Virus record (IMG/VR): IMGVR_UViG_3300029267_002377
Span: 1-64,000 of that record
DNA from: a virus
Strand: one strand, 5' to 3'
Length of the DNA stretch: 64,000 bases
Shown: positions 44,814-54,463 of the stretch, piece by piece
Layout of the letters: every line of letters begins with the position of its first letter
Position numbering within the stretch: the first letter of the stretch is position 1
The notes under the pieces: model-generated
What the model was told of the DNA's origin: nothing
What the model saw: only the letters and a program-made list of their open reading frames with translations
Databases searched by the model: none
Program-made: the position numbers and the translations under genes

Positions 44814-46978
44814 ATTATCAAAAATTTTTAGAATCGAAGATACTCCTACACAAATCCGCTGGAATTGAAATACTAGATAGTGATGTTCACTCAATACTGT
44901 TCCCTTTCCAAAGGGATCTCACCAAATGGGCCGTGAGAAAGGGCCGGGCCGCTATTTTTGCGGATACTGGTCTTGGTAAAACTTTAATGCAACTAGAATG
45001 GGCCAGACTCATTGGTAAAGATACTTTGATTATTGCTCCCCTGACTGTAGCTAGGCAGACTGTCAAGGAAGGTAGAAAATTAGGTTTGAATGTGACCTAT
45101 GTTAGATCGGAGGATGAGCTAAATGGTAAATTGAACATCACAAATTACGAGATGGTAGAGAAGTTTGATCCGGGTTTATTTGGGGCGGTTGTTTTAGACG
45201 AGTCAAGTATTTTGAAATCTCTCACTGGGAAAACACGTCAAAAAGTAACCGAGATGTTCGCCCAGACCCCATATAAGCTTTGCTGTACAGCTACTCCAGC
45301 TCCCAATGATATTGCCGAGATAGCCAATCATTCTGAGTTTTTAGGAATTATGACTCGTGTGGATATGATGGCCGCGTTTTTTGTCCATGATGATAAGGGT
45401 TGGCGATTAAAGGGTCATGCGGTGGAGCCATTTTATCGTTGGATGGCCAGTTGGGGTATGAGTGTTAAGAAGCCTTCTGATCTGGGATATGATGATGATG
45501 GATTCGTTTTGCCCCCACTGGAAATCAAACCAATTTTCGTTGAATCGAATTATTGTCCCCCGGGCCAGCTTTTTTTCACGGGGCTAAGGGGGATTCAGGA
45601 TCGTCTGGCAGTTCGCAGAGAAACGATTGACGCTAGAGCTGGGACCGTTGCCGATTTGATAAATGGATGTAATGAACAATGGATTGTTTGGTGTGGACTA
45701 AATGATGAGAGCAAAAGAGTATCTGGTTTGATCTCTGATTCAATCGAAGTATCAGGAAGTGATGATATTGAGACTAAAATTAAAGCCATAGAGGGGTTTC
45801 AAGATGGTAAATATAGAGTACTAGTAACCAAACCCAAAATTGCTGGATTTGGAATGAATTTTCAAAACTCTCACAAGATGGCGTTTATGGGATTATCGGA
45901 TTCTTGGGAGAGCTATTATCAGTGTATACGTCGCCAATATCGTTTTATGCAAAAACACCCTGTTGACGTTTATATTGTTTTGTCAGATGTGGAGGAGGCA
46001 ATATGGCAAAATATAAAGAGTAAGGAAAATCAGGCGGACCGTATGAGCGAGAAATTGATTAACTATGTTAAGGAATTCGAGAAAGCAGAGATTGGGAGGC
46101 TACAATTGAATGGCCATTACATAGAGGATACGACAAGTGGTAACGGGTGGAAAATGATGCTTGGGGATAGCGTAGAAGGTATGGGAGAGATTGAGGATGG
46201 GTCGGTTGACTTGTCTGTCTTCTCCCCACCGTTTCTTTCTCTTTATACGTATTCCCCAACGGAGAGAGACGTTGGCAATTGTTCATCGGATGAGGAGTTT
46301 TTTCAACATTTCTCCTATATTATTGAACATTTGTTAAGAGTAACAAAACCTGGGAGGCTATGCGCAGTTCACTGTGCTGATGTCGCAGCAACCTTAGTTA
46401 AGGATGGGTTTATCGGTGTGAAGGATTTTTCAGGTAACCTAATTGATGCCTATCTGGATAAAGGATGGATATATCATGGTCGTGTAACGATTGATAAAAA
46501 CCCCCAAGCAGTGGCTGTTAGAACTCATGCAAAGGGATTAATGTTTAAACAGCTAGAGAAAGATAGCTCTTGGTTATCCCCAGCCTTAGCTGATTATATT
46601 TTGGTTTTTCGCAAGCCCGGTGAGAACCAAATTCCGATCAAATCGGATATTGACCGCGAGACGTGGATTGAGTGGGCACACCCAATCTGGTACAATATCC
46701 GCGAATCGGATACCTTACAATACAGGAGTGCAAAAGAACACAGGGATGATCGCCATATTTGTCCCCTCCAATTAGAAACTATTGAGCGTTGTATCCGTTT
46801 GTGGTCAAACCCAGGGGAATTGATTTGTTCGCCTTTTGCAGGGATTGGCAGTGAGGGTTACGTGGCACTTAAATTTGGGCGTAGGTTTGTTGGGATTGAG
46901 TTAAAAAAGAGTTATTACGATCAGGCAGTTGGTAATCTTAGAGATGTTGTTCATAAGGTAGGGAACAGGTTATTTTGA
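44810..46978 (+). CDS. SF2 (SNF2-like) helicase fused to an N4C/N6A DNA methyltransferase
   Basis: DTGLGKT, LDESS, TATPAPND, GFGMNFQ, then FSPPF and SPFAGIGSE. Confidence 0.9.
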   Translation: MNYQKFLESKILLHKSAGIEILDSDVHSILFPFQRDLTKWAVRKGRAAIFADTGLGKTLMQLEWARLIGKDTLIIAPLTVARQTVKEGRKLGLNVTYVRSEDELNGKLNITNYEMVEKFDPGLFGAVVLDESSILKSLTGKTRQKVTEMFAQTPYKLCCTATPAPNDIAEIANHSEFLGIMTRVDMMAAFFVHDDKGWRLKGHAVEPFYRWMASWGMSVKKPSDLGYDDDGFVLPPLEIKPIFVESNYCPPGQLFFTGLRGIQDRLAVRRETIDARAGTVADLINGCNEQWIVWCGLNDESKRVSGLISDSIEVSGSDDIETKIKAIEGFQDGKYRVLVTKPKIAGFGMNFQNSHKMAFMGLSDSWESYYQCIRRQYRFMQKHPVDVYIVLSDVEEAIWQNIKSKENQADRMSEKLINYVKEFEKAEIGRLQLNGHYIEDTTSGNGWKMMLGDSVEGMGEIEDGSVDLSVFSPPFLSLYTYSPTERDVGNCSSDEEFFQHFSYIIEHLLRVTKPGRLCAVHCADVAATLVKDGFIGVKDFSGNLIDAYLDKGWIYHGRVTIDKNPQAVAVRTHAKGLMFKQLEKDSSWLSPALADYILVFRKPGENQIPIKSDIDRETWIEWAHPIWYNIRESDTLQYRSAKEHRDDRHICPLQLETIERCIRLWSNPGELICSPFAGIGSEGYVALKFGRRFVGIELKKSYYDQAVGNLRDVVHKVGNRLF

Positions 46979-48690
46979 TACATATTAACAAGCTTCCGGA
47001 TTGGTGGCCATCAGTTGTGGGGCTGGATATCGAAGTTGAGGTGGGAGGGGGCTTTCCTAACCCTTTTGAAAATAAAATCGCTACTATTCAGGTGGGCTGT
47101 CCTGACGGGGATGTTTACCTACTAACTGAAGATTTTGAGAGACTTAACACACTCCTGTATAATACCAGTATTTTAAAGGTAATCCATAACGCTGGCTTTG
47201 ATGCAAAATGGATAAAACGACAGTTAGGTATAAATGTATCCCCAATCTGGGATACCTTTCTAATGGAACGGATTCTAACCGCTGGGACGTTATTGAGATG
47301 CGATTTAGCTTCTACAATCTGGAGGAGAACAGAGATTCTAATTGAAAAGCCAGAGGTAAAGTTCCGGCTAGGCCAGCAGTTATCTGAGAGGCAGTTGGGT
47401 TATGTTGAAGATGATGTGAAGCACTTAGTTGGGATATATGAAGTACAGAAAAAAGGGGTTAAGAAGGAAGATTTAAGCAAAATCTGTGGGTTAGAGCATG
47501 ATTTACTTCCTGTTTTAATTGATATGGAGTTGCATGGTGTTCAACTGGATGTGAATGCTTGGGAGGAAGTAGTTCAAGGTGAGTTAGGGCTTGCTAACGA
47601 GGCTGCACAGACTATGTGCAAGGGTCTCAATTTGCCAGCTCATATGGACAGCTTATTCAGCGGGTTTGTTCCGCCTATCAACTTAGATTCCTGGCAGCAA
47701 GTGTTGGGAGTAATGGAGCGGTCTGGTATACGTTTGCCAAACGCTCGAGATGCTACATTGGAAGAGTACCTTAAAAAACATCCTAATTGTATCCCCGTTA
47801 GAGCCTGGAGGAGTTATAAGGAACATAAGAAACTTGCTTCTTGGGATTATCCTAAATACATTAACAGAGTGACAAGCCGGGTTCACACTAGCTACAATCA
47901 GGTTGGCGCTGATACAGGTCGGCTATCAAGCAGAAATCCCAACTTGCAGAATGTACCTCGAAAATCAAGGGTACGCAGGATTTTCATTCCTAGCAAGGGA
48001 TATGTGTTTGTTTGTGCAGATTACAGCCAGCAAGAGATGCGGGTTATGGCTGAGGTTTCTGGAGATAAAGCCCTTAGACAAGTTTGTAGGGAAAGCGATC
48101 CACATTTGGCGAATGCCCGGGTCATTTTCAACGATCCAGGTTTGGAGGAACTGGTAGGTGAAAAACGAACTGTAGTCAAGAACACAGGATTTGCAATGAA
48201 TTATGGTGCAGGGCCTGAGACGTTTGCTCAAAGTTCTGGTATTAGTATCGGTGATGCAAAAGTAATCTTACATATATTGAGATCAAGGTATCCGGATGTT
48301 TTCAAATGGGGAGACAGTCAGATCAAGCTCCTGCACAGAAATGGCTATGTCCAGACGATCTGGGGTCGTAAAAGGTGGTTCCCAGAGGCAACAGAGCTTA
48401 ATTCTAAAGAGATAGGAAAGTACAGCACACTTGCCCGTAATACCCCTATTCAATCATCCTCGGCTGATATGATGAAAAGAGCGATGGTTAGAATCGCAAA
48501 AGCGTTAAAAGACTGTGATGCTCATTTAGTTTTATCAATCCATGATGAGGTTGTAGTTGAGGCCAGGGAGGAGCAGGCACAGGAAGTTGCTCGAATTGTT
48601 GAAAATGAGATGGAATCGGCAGCAGGGGAAATGGTTAAATCAATTCCTTGCCCTGCAGAAGCAAAAGTTGCCCCATGTTGGGTAAAATAG
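46975..48690 (+). CDS. polA: Family A DNA polymerase with 3'-5' exonuclease
   Basis: LDIE, HNA-x-FD, TGRLSS-x-x-PNLQN, DYSQQEMR, K-x-x-x-F-x-x-x-YG and HDE motifs. Confidence 0.95.
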   Translation: MIHINKLPDWWPSVVGLDIEVEVGGGFPNPFENKIATIQVGCPDGDVYLLTEDFERLNTLLYNTSILKVIHNAGFDAKWIKRQLGINVSPIWDTFLMERILTAGTLLRCDLASTIWRRTEILIEKPEVKFRLGQQLSERQLGYVEDDVKHLVGIYEVQKKGVKKEDLSKICGLEHDLLPVLIDMELHGVQLDVNAWEEVVQGELGLANEAAQTMCKGLNLPAHMDSLFSGFVPPINLDSWQQVLGVMERSGIRLPNARDATLEEYLKKHPNCIPVRAWRSYKEHKKLASWDYPKYINRVTSRVHTSYNQVGADTGRLSSRNPNLQNVPRKSRVRRIFIPSKGYVFVCADYSQQEMRVMAEVSGDKALRQVCRESDPHLANARVIFNDPGLEELVGEKRTVVKNTGFAMNYGAGPETFAQSSGISIGDAKVILHILRSRYPDVFKWGDSQIKLLHRNGYVQTIWGRKRWFPEATELNSKEIGKYSTLARNTPIQSSSADMMKRAMVRIAKALKDCDAHLVLSIHDEVVVEAREEQAQEVARIVENEMESAAGEMVKSIPCPAEAKVAPCWVK

Positions 48691-48699
48691 GAGGTCAAA

Positions 48700-49872
48700 G
48701 TGAACCTAACTGTAAGTGCAAGTCAATTAAGAGACGTAGTTAATTTTATGGCTGGGAACGTCCCGAACCGGCCCATAGAGCCTATCCTAAAGGCAACCCG
48801 TTTGAACGCCCAAGGAGATTTGCTCACCCTGTCTGCTACAGATCATATAGTCTGGGTCCGCCAAGCCATTCCTGCCCAAGTCAAAACCCCAGGAGAGATT
48901 TATGTAGATGCTGAGCTCCTCAGCGGTATTGCAAAATCCCTGGGCGAGGGGGAGGTCAAACTATCCTCCAAGAAGAGATTAACTATCACTCAGTCAGGGA
49001 AGCGACGGTCCCTACCACCAATGGATGGAGAGGGGTTTCCAGAAGAACCGTGCCCGGAGTTCAAGGTAGGTTGGGATCAGTCAGTGCAGTCATTTATTTA
49101 CCGAGCAGAGCAGGTTGGGTTTGCTGTTTCTCAAGATATGTCTCGGCCCATTCTCATGGGAATCAATATGGACATGAAGAATCAGCTTATGGTTGGCGCT
49201 GATGGCTTCCGTATGGCTATTTACAAAACCGACTTTGGGGACGCCGATCTAAAACCTACTTTTTCAATGAGGTTTCTTCAGGAGGTTAAGCGGTCGGGGA
49301 TGGGAGGGACAATCTTAATTTCTGTATCCGAAACCTGGATCCGAGGATTGAGTGAGGACGGGCTAATTGCAGTGTGGGCCAAAGGGCTGTCTGGAGCCTA
49401 CCCCACAGAGGCAGCTCAAATCACCAAAGCTATGTTAGAAAAGGATGGCATAGAGTTAGAGATTGAGAAGGCGCCGCTTGTGCAATCATTAAGCTTGGCC
49501 TGCCTCTACTCAGACCGAGCTAGGAACTCTAGTGAAGATGCAATCCTCTACCTGGTAGCTGACAAGGGAAAGGTCCGACTGGAGATGACAGTTCCTAGTA
49601 TCGCGGAGCTTAAGGACAATATTCCGGGAGAAGCTGGTGGAGACCTGATGGTTAAGTTGGAGCCTCACTACTTCCTAGGGATTGTCAATCATGTGGATGC
49701 AGACACAGTTAAAATCCGCTACTTTGATGCAGGCAAGCCTATTCTAATTACAGACCCAAACAGTGTTGGCTGGGCCGCTGTGCTGACTCAGATGATTGTC
49801 CGAGAGCCTTCGAGCCCAGTTCAGCAAGTTGTAGACAAGTATACTGAGGAGGATAATGAAGGAGATTTCTAA
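48700..49872 (+). CDS. dnaN: Beta sliding clamp
   Basis: PIL...LTLSATD, FAVSQD-x-SRPIL-x-G, ADGFRMA and G-x-YP motifs. Confidence 0.9.
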   Translation: MNLTVSASQLRDVVNFMAGNVPNRPIEPILKATRLNAQGDLLTLSATDHIVWVRQAIPAQVKTPGEIYVDAELLSGIAKSLGEGEVKLSSKKRLTITQSGKRRSLPPMDGEGFPEEPCPEFKVGWDQSVQSFIYRAEQVGFAVSQDMSRPILMGINMDMKNQLMVGADGFRMAIYKTDFGDADLKPTFSMRFLQEVKRSGMGGTILISVSETWIRGLSEDGLIAVWAKGLSGAYPTEAAQITKAMLEKDGIELEIEKAPLVQSLSLACLYSDRARNSSEDAILYLVADKGKVRLEMTVPSIAELKDNIPGEAGGDLMVKLEPHYFLGIVNHVDADTVKIRYFDAGKPILITDPNSVGWAAVLTQMIVREPSSPVQQVVDKYTEEDNEGDF

Positions 49873-50641
49873 AGTTCCGCCCCATATCGCCCCGTGTGAT
49901 TTGTGGGATCTAAAGGCTCAAAAAGAAACTCCGGATTATCGGTTCCTCGGTGAGTTTATCAAAACTCACGCAGAAGGGGAGAAACTGCATGGAACTGCCT
50001 TGGCTTACGCTCTCTATCTCGGTGAATTCTATTGGGCAAAGAGCCCTCCAGAGGTTGGAAAGCCTTTCAAGTATGACTACGACAAGTGGGCGATGTCGTG
50101 GTCTGGCAAACCAGATATCCGTCCCTACGTTCGGGTTGGCGAGCTCCTTTATCAAATGCGGTACGGGCTACTCCCTATCCCAGATCAGGTTATATTGCGA
50201 GATGCAGATGGAGAGGAAGTTACAGCAGTCGATAAGGAGACTCAGGAGGAATCTCTTGTTGTAGTAGAACCAGACGTATTTTCAACCGGTGTGAATTATA
50301 CCAAACTACTTTTATCTAAGAGAAAGGCGCAGGATCCAGATACTGGGCTAACAGACGAGGATTGGGGATTACTGTTAAACCCAGATGTGACTGTTGAGCA
50401 GTACCGTCAGCACTTATTGCAAGGCCCGGGGTATGGATGGGATACAGATCCTGGAAGGTTTCGAGCCAGGCAAGAAGGACCCATGATTCTTGTCAGCGAG
50501 GGAGGAAGGGAAGTTGAGTATATAGGTATGGATGGGCTTAATACTCAAGGTTTAGAAGATAGAGACCCGCTTTTGTTGAAAGCCCACTCAAAGTTGTGTA
50601 GATCTTTAGGAATGAGGGATGAATACGCAGGAGATTTCTGA
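49856..50641 (+). CDS. Hypothetical protein ending GDF
   Basis: 261-aa ORF in operon. Confidence 0.65.
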   Translation: MKEISKVPPHIAPCDLWDLKAQKETPDYRFLGEFIKTHAEGEKLHGTALAYALYLGEFYWAKSPPEVGKPFKYDYDKWAMSWSGKPDIRPYVRVGELLYQMRYGLLPIPDQVILRDADGEEVTAVDKETQEESLVVVEPDVFSTGVNYTKLLLSKRKAQDPDTGLTDEDWGLLLNPDVTVEQYRQHLLQGPGYGWDTDPGRFRARQEGPMILVSEGGREVEYIGMDGLNTQGLEDRDPLLLKAHSKLCRSLGMRDEYAGDF

Positions 50642-50978
50642 GTTAGGTTCCGACCTAGAGCGCGCCTTCGAGACGCAGGTCAAAATAGCAGGTCTCCCAG
50701 AGCCAGTGCGGGAGTACCATTTTCATCCCTTTAGAGACTATAGAGCAGACTTCGCCTGGCCAGGACATTTGATTTTAGTAGAGTGTCAGGGACTGACTTG
50801 GGTGCCTGGAAAAGGTCACGCTAGGGGGTCGCAGTACGAGAAAGACGTCAAGAAGCACAACTCGGCCGTTCGCTTGGGATGGAGAGTGTTTTGGATTACA
50901 ACTTCGATGTTAAGAGTAGATCCAGCCTCATTTATGGAGATGCTGGGAGAAATGATGGGAGTGGAAACTTATGACTGA
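50619..50978 (+). CDS. Vsr/DUF559-like PD-(D/E)XK endonuclease
   Basis: EYHFHP-x-R-x-x-RADFAWP...VECQG...D-x-x-K-x-N...GWRV. Confidence 0.85.
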   Translation: MNTQEISELGSDLERAFETQVKIAGLPEPVREYHFHPFRDYRADFAWPGHLILVECQGLTWVPGKGHARGSQYEKDVKKHNSAVRLGWRVFWITTSMLRVDPASFMEMLGEMMGVETYD

Positions 50979-51113
50979 GATTCAATGGAGAGCATTCTCA
51001 CTAATTGTGAGGGCCTTGGGCATATTGCTATTCGAACTAGTAGGGAGGGATGATCCCCTTGTGGACACTTGGCAAAATGATATTGTCTCCTTTTTCGAGC
51101 AGGAGAGAGACAA

Positions 51114-51848
51114 ATGAGGTATCTGAGTCATAGCCAGATAAGTTCGTACGAAAGATGTCCTTTCCAGTGGTACGCTTCCTACGTTTTGAGGTACAGAAGA
51201 GAATCCAACGCTGATTTTGCAGAGGGCCGAGCAGTTCACGCTGCGATAGCTTCTCACTGGCAAGGGAACAAATACTGGGAGAAGACCTTACGGGCTAACT
51301 TGGATAAGGAGCTCGAGGGTATCGAATTGGAGCCCCCTCCAGGATTTGGGCAAGTTGAGAAAGCTGAATTAGTAAACTCTATTTTCACTCGAGACAGTGT
51401 TCTGATTCGCAATATGCTTGACTTATTGGAAACAAAGTTCGGAGATGGAGTTGAGACGATAGAAGTTGAAAGGAAACAGAAGAAAAATGGGTTTGTTGGG
51501 GTTATAGACTGGCGAGGCAGGCTCAATTCTGTTGAGTACATTATTGACTGGAAGACTTCGGGCAAAGCCTACAAGGAAGAACGAGTTCACGAAGATGAGC
51601 AGTTGACGGCTTACGCTGCCTTAACTGGGGTTCGGCACGTTGCGTTTGGAGTGATGAATAAAAGCGACTTGACGGTTCAATTTCTGACCAGTGCCCGGAC
51701 CAAAGATGAGTGTACTGCTTATTGGGAAAAGGTTGAGTACATTCGGAGCTTAATGGACGCCGAGGGGCCCTACGCTCCTTGTAACGAGGGGTGGTGGTGT
51801 AATTGGTGTTCTTTTCAGCGAATGTGCCCGCTATTTGGGGACTTCTAA
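51114..51848 (+). CDS. Cas4/AddB-like PD-(D/E)XK exonuclease
   Basis: LS-x-S...CP, G-x-x-x-H, G-x-ID, IIDWKT, QL-x-x-Y and CNWC-x5-C motifs. Confidence 0.88.
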   Translation: MRYLSHSQISSYERCPFQWYASYVLRYRRESNADFAEGRAVHAAIASHWQGNKYWEKTLRANLDKELEGIELEPPPGFGQVEKAELVNSIFTRDSVLIRNMLDLLETKFGDGVETIEVERKQKKNGFVGVIDWRGRLNSVEYIIDWKTSGKAYKEERVHEDEQLTAYAALTGVRHVAFGVMNKSDLTVQFLTSARTKDECTAYWEKVEYIRSLMDAEGPYAPCNEGWWCNWCSFQRMCPLFGDF

Positions 51849-51852
51849 ACAA

Positions 51853-51937
51853 GGCTGGGTTGGGCAGGATTTGGCCAGGTAAGGCCGAGTTGGGCCCGGC
51901 TTGGTAAGGTGGGGCGAGGCTTGGTTAGGCAGGGCAA
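51853..51937 (+). repeat. GGY-NN pentamer array 5 (17 units), orphan copy
   Basis: ggctg ggttg ggcag gattt ggcca ggtaa ggccg agttg ggccc ggctt ggtaa ggtgg ggcga ggctt ggtta ggcag ggcaa. Confidence 0.9.
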
Positions 51938-52256
51938 GGACAGACTGAGGTTAAAACAGAACTTAGTAACAGAACGAGGATCTAAATGCGAATGCTGCGG
52001 TGAGAATGCGATTTTGGACCTGCACGAGGGCATCGTCACCAGGGCTGATGCTGGGAGAGACTGGAAGGATCTAATATTTGTTCCTTACAACTGTTTTCTC
52101 CTGTGTCGAAATTGTCACACAAATTGGGGTAAAGTCTTTCCTAGGGAGAAAGCGTGGGAAGTTTCTTGCGAGCGGTATGGAGAGGAGGCAGTGAGAGAAT
52201 GGTATAAAACTTTGCCGTGGAAAATAGGAGTGCCGAGGAGGTTTTGGGATGAATGA
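51909..52256 (+). CDS. HNH-like endonuclease (start lies within array 5)
   Basis: KCECCG...DLHE...NCFLLCRNCH. Confidence 0.75.
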   Translation: MGRGLVRQGKDRLRLKQNLVTERGSKCECCGENAILDLHEGIVTRADAGRDWKDLIFVPYNCFLLCRNCHTNWGKVFPREKAWEVSCERYGEEAVREWYKTLPWKIGVPRRFWDE

Positions 52257-52593
52257 AGAGAAATTTCGAGATGTTTTAGAATCAACCGTTCCTGTTATAG
52301 TCTGCTTCTACACTCCTTGGTGTCACGCCTGCCATCAAATGGATCCAGTCATAGGAAAATTGGCGGAGGAGTACAGAGGTCGGGTCAGGTTTGCAGTTGT
52401 TGATGCTTCTAAATATCCCCAGGCGGTGGCTGAGTATTATGTCAGGGCAGTCCCAACTTACATTGTTTTTGTTGACGGGAACCCTGAGGAGCGCCGAGTT
52501 GGAATCGTTTACGAGCCAGTTTTTAGGGAGTGGATAGAGAAGTGGGCACCTCTTACCAAACAAAATTCTATCAGGGAGGACCCACAAGCTTAG
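52249..52593 (+). CDS. Thioredoxin
   Basis: FYTPWCHACH; VPT cis-Pro motif. Confidence 0.9.
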   Translation: MNEEKFRDVLESTVPVIVCFYTPWCHACHQMDPVIGKLAEEYRGRVRFAVVDASKYPQAVAEYYVRAVPTYIVFVDGNPEERRVGIVYEPVFREWIEKWAPLTKQNSIREDPQA

Positions 52594-52882
52594 CCGCCTC
52601 CACGATCCAAAGCTTGGGAGTTCCTAAATGGGCTTTAAATTATTTATGTCCTTATTGGGGGACATTAAAATGTTTAGAGTGTGGGGAGGATTTTCGTTTG
52701 GTGAGAGAGTGTAACTCGGAGTGTTGGGATTGTGAAAGTAATTATTTGTGCCCCTGTTGGCGGTGTGACCGGTTATGTGATTCTTGTCCTGATTTGTCAA
52801 GTTGTGAGCATATTAAGCTCAAATCTCAGCGGAGAGCGAATTTAGAGTGGTTGGCTGAGCTCCTAGGAGACGATGGGTTTTG

Positions 52883-52911
52883 TTGAAAAAATTCTCAGAA
52901 TGTGATATAAT
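52883..52911 (+). promoter_or_regulatory. Sigma70 promoter
   Basis: TTGAAA-N17-TATAAT with TG extension. Confidence 0.65.
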
Positions 52912-52926
52912 TAAGGGTGAAGACAC

Positions 52927-53316
52927 ATGGATTGGAATACAGATTATAGATATGGAATATACATAGATTATACTTGGTGGCCCCACACTACTGATGGTAA
53001 TAGTGACTATTATCCTCGTTACGTTAAGGAAGTGTATCCTCCAATAGAGGAATTGCCGCGGTCTATAAACATCACTACTGTTCTCGATCAGATAGAAAGG
53101 AGGGATAAAATGATCTCAAAAAGTGTATTCAACGAAGCTCTGGCAGAAGCTGGAGTAGCAAAGAATGTTCGTCGGAAAGTTGAAAAGCTTTCCTCGAATG
53201 ACTTTGAGTTTTTGATTGCTACTCTGCTAGTCAAGGCCTTTGACCCCGAGATGCTCAAGGTTTTTGAAGAGCCCGTGCAAAAGGTCAAGGTCGTTGAAGA
53301 AGAACTTCCGTTTTAG
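52927..53316 (+). CDS. Hypothetical protein ending EEELPF (possible internal start at 53110)
   Basis: ORF track. Confidence 0.5.
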   Translation: MDWNTDYRYGIYIDYTWWPHTTDGNSDYYPRYVKEVYPPIEELPRSINITTVLDQIERRDKMISKSVFNEALAEAGVAKNVRRKVEKLSSNDFEFLIATLLVKAFDPEMLKVFEEPVQKVKVVEEELPF

Positions 53317-53354
53317 GCTTATCAGGCACAAGGATCGAAACCCACATCGTTAGG

Positions 53355-53474
53355 AGCAGTGCGGCGGCGTGGCGCTTATGACACGCACTGGCGAACACTT
53401 TATGCTTCGCGCTGAGTCAATGGTCACAGGTCGGACGTGAGCCGAAGCCAGGTGAAAGACTGGCCCGCACTGCT
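53355..53474 (+). ncRNA. Structured intergenic RNA related to 29991-30223
   Basis: AGCAGTGCGG/CCGCACTGCT closing stem, GCGTG...CACGC arm, GCCAG-GTGAAAGA-CTGGC T-like arm. Confidence 0.65.
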
Positions 53475-53480
53475 GGAATT

Positions 53481-53693
53481 ATGAGAATTATTTTAGTTTT
53501 AATGTTGTTTCTGTGTGGCTGTAGTCCACAGGAACCAAAGTGCTACAACCTAACAATTAGTTGCCCTAGCTATAGGCAGACCTACTCAGTCAAGAGTCAT
53601 TGGGTTAGCTATACCCCAACAAAGACGCTGAACTGGGTCGAGTGTGATGGGGACTATGGGAGTGTGTCTATAGCTGGTTGTCAGTATTGGTGA
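53481..53693 (+). CDS. Putative lipoprotein
   Basis: MRIILVLMLFLCGC signal/lipobox. Confidence 0.55.
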   Translation: MRIILVLMLFLCGCSPQEPKCYNLTISCPSYRQTYSVKSHWVSYTPTKTLNWVECDGDYGSVSIAGCQYW

Positions 53694-53821
53694 GAATTTT
53701 TAAAAATTTCTGGGAGAAAGTTATGGGGGACAAAGAAGGAAAGAAAAAGGTGAAAAAGCCTGAGAAAAAGAAAGTGAAGTTGGCTCCTCCCACTAAGTGG
53801 GGACCTTGGGGGCTGTGCTGA

Positions 53822-54463
53822 TTGGTCACTTGCAAAGAGTGTGAGGCACAAATCGGGGAGGGCCCTGGGTCACAGTTTAAGGCGATTACACATAGGCACC
53901 TCAAATATGCTCACGATATGACTGTGGATGAGTATACTGCAAAGTGGCCGGACGCTCCGCTACGGGATACTCGACTAGTTGTGAAAGATGAGCTTCCACC
54001 AGAAGTAGATGAAGATTGTCAAGCTTTGATTGGCCACCTGAGACCGGTGCAGCAAGAGTATATCGCCGCTAGGCTCCAGTGCAAAACCAAAGATGCGGCT
54101 GCCAGGATGGTCGGGTTGTCTCCTACGACGATCTACAACTGGAAAGAGCGCCACATTATTGAGGCACTGATTAACCGGATCCAGACAGATCACGTGTTTA
54201 AGGCGATGCACATGGTCTTGGAAGCCGCTCCTGAGGCGATACGAAACATTCGAGATTTACAATTCTCACCAGATGACCGAGTGGCTTTAAGTGCCTCAAA
54301 AGACCTAGCAGACCGAGCAGGAATCCAAGCGAGTAAGTCTGAGACGACGATTGATATTGCAATCTATAGGGAAATGCCCACTGAGCAACTAGACCAAGAA
54401 ATTACCCGGATGATAGAGAAGGAGCAAGCGCTAGAGGCACAGTACAAAGAGGTGGAAGGATGA
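53822..54463 (+). CDS. Probable terminase small subunit (zinc finger + HTH)
   Basis: CKEC...HL-x-x-x-H-x-M-x-x-x-EY, HTH AARMVGLSPTTIYNW, ASKDLADRAG; upstream of terL. Confidence 0.65.
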   Translation: MVTCKECEAQIGEGPGSQFKAITHRHLKYAHDMTVDEYTAKWPDAPLRDTRLVVKDELPPEVDEDCQALIGHLRPVQQEYIAARLQCKTKDAAARMVGLSPTTIYNWKERHIIEALINRIQTDHVFKAMHMVLEAAPEAIRNIRDLQFSPDDRVALSASKDLADRAGIQASKSETTIDIAIYREMPTEQLDQEITRMIEKEQALEAQYKEVEG

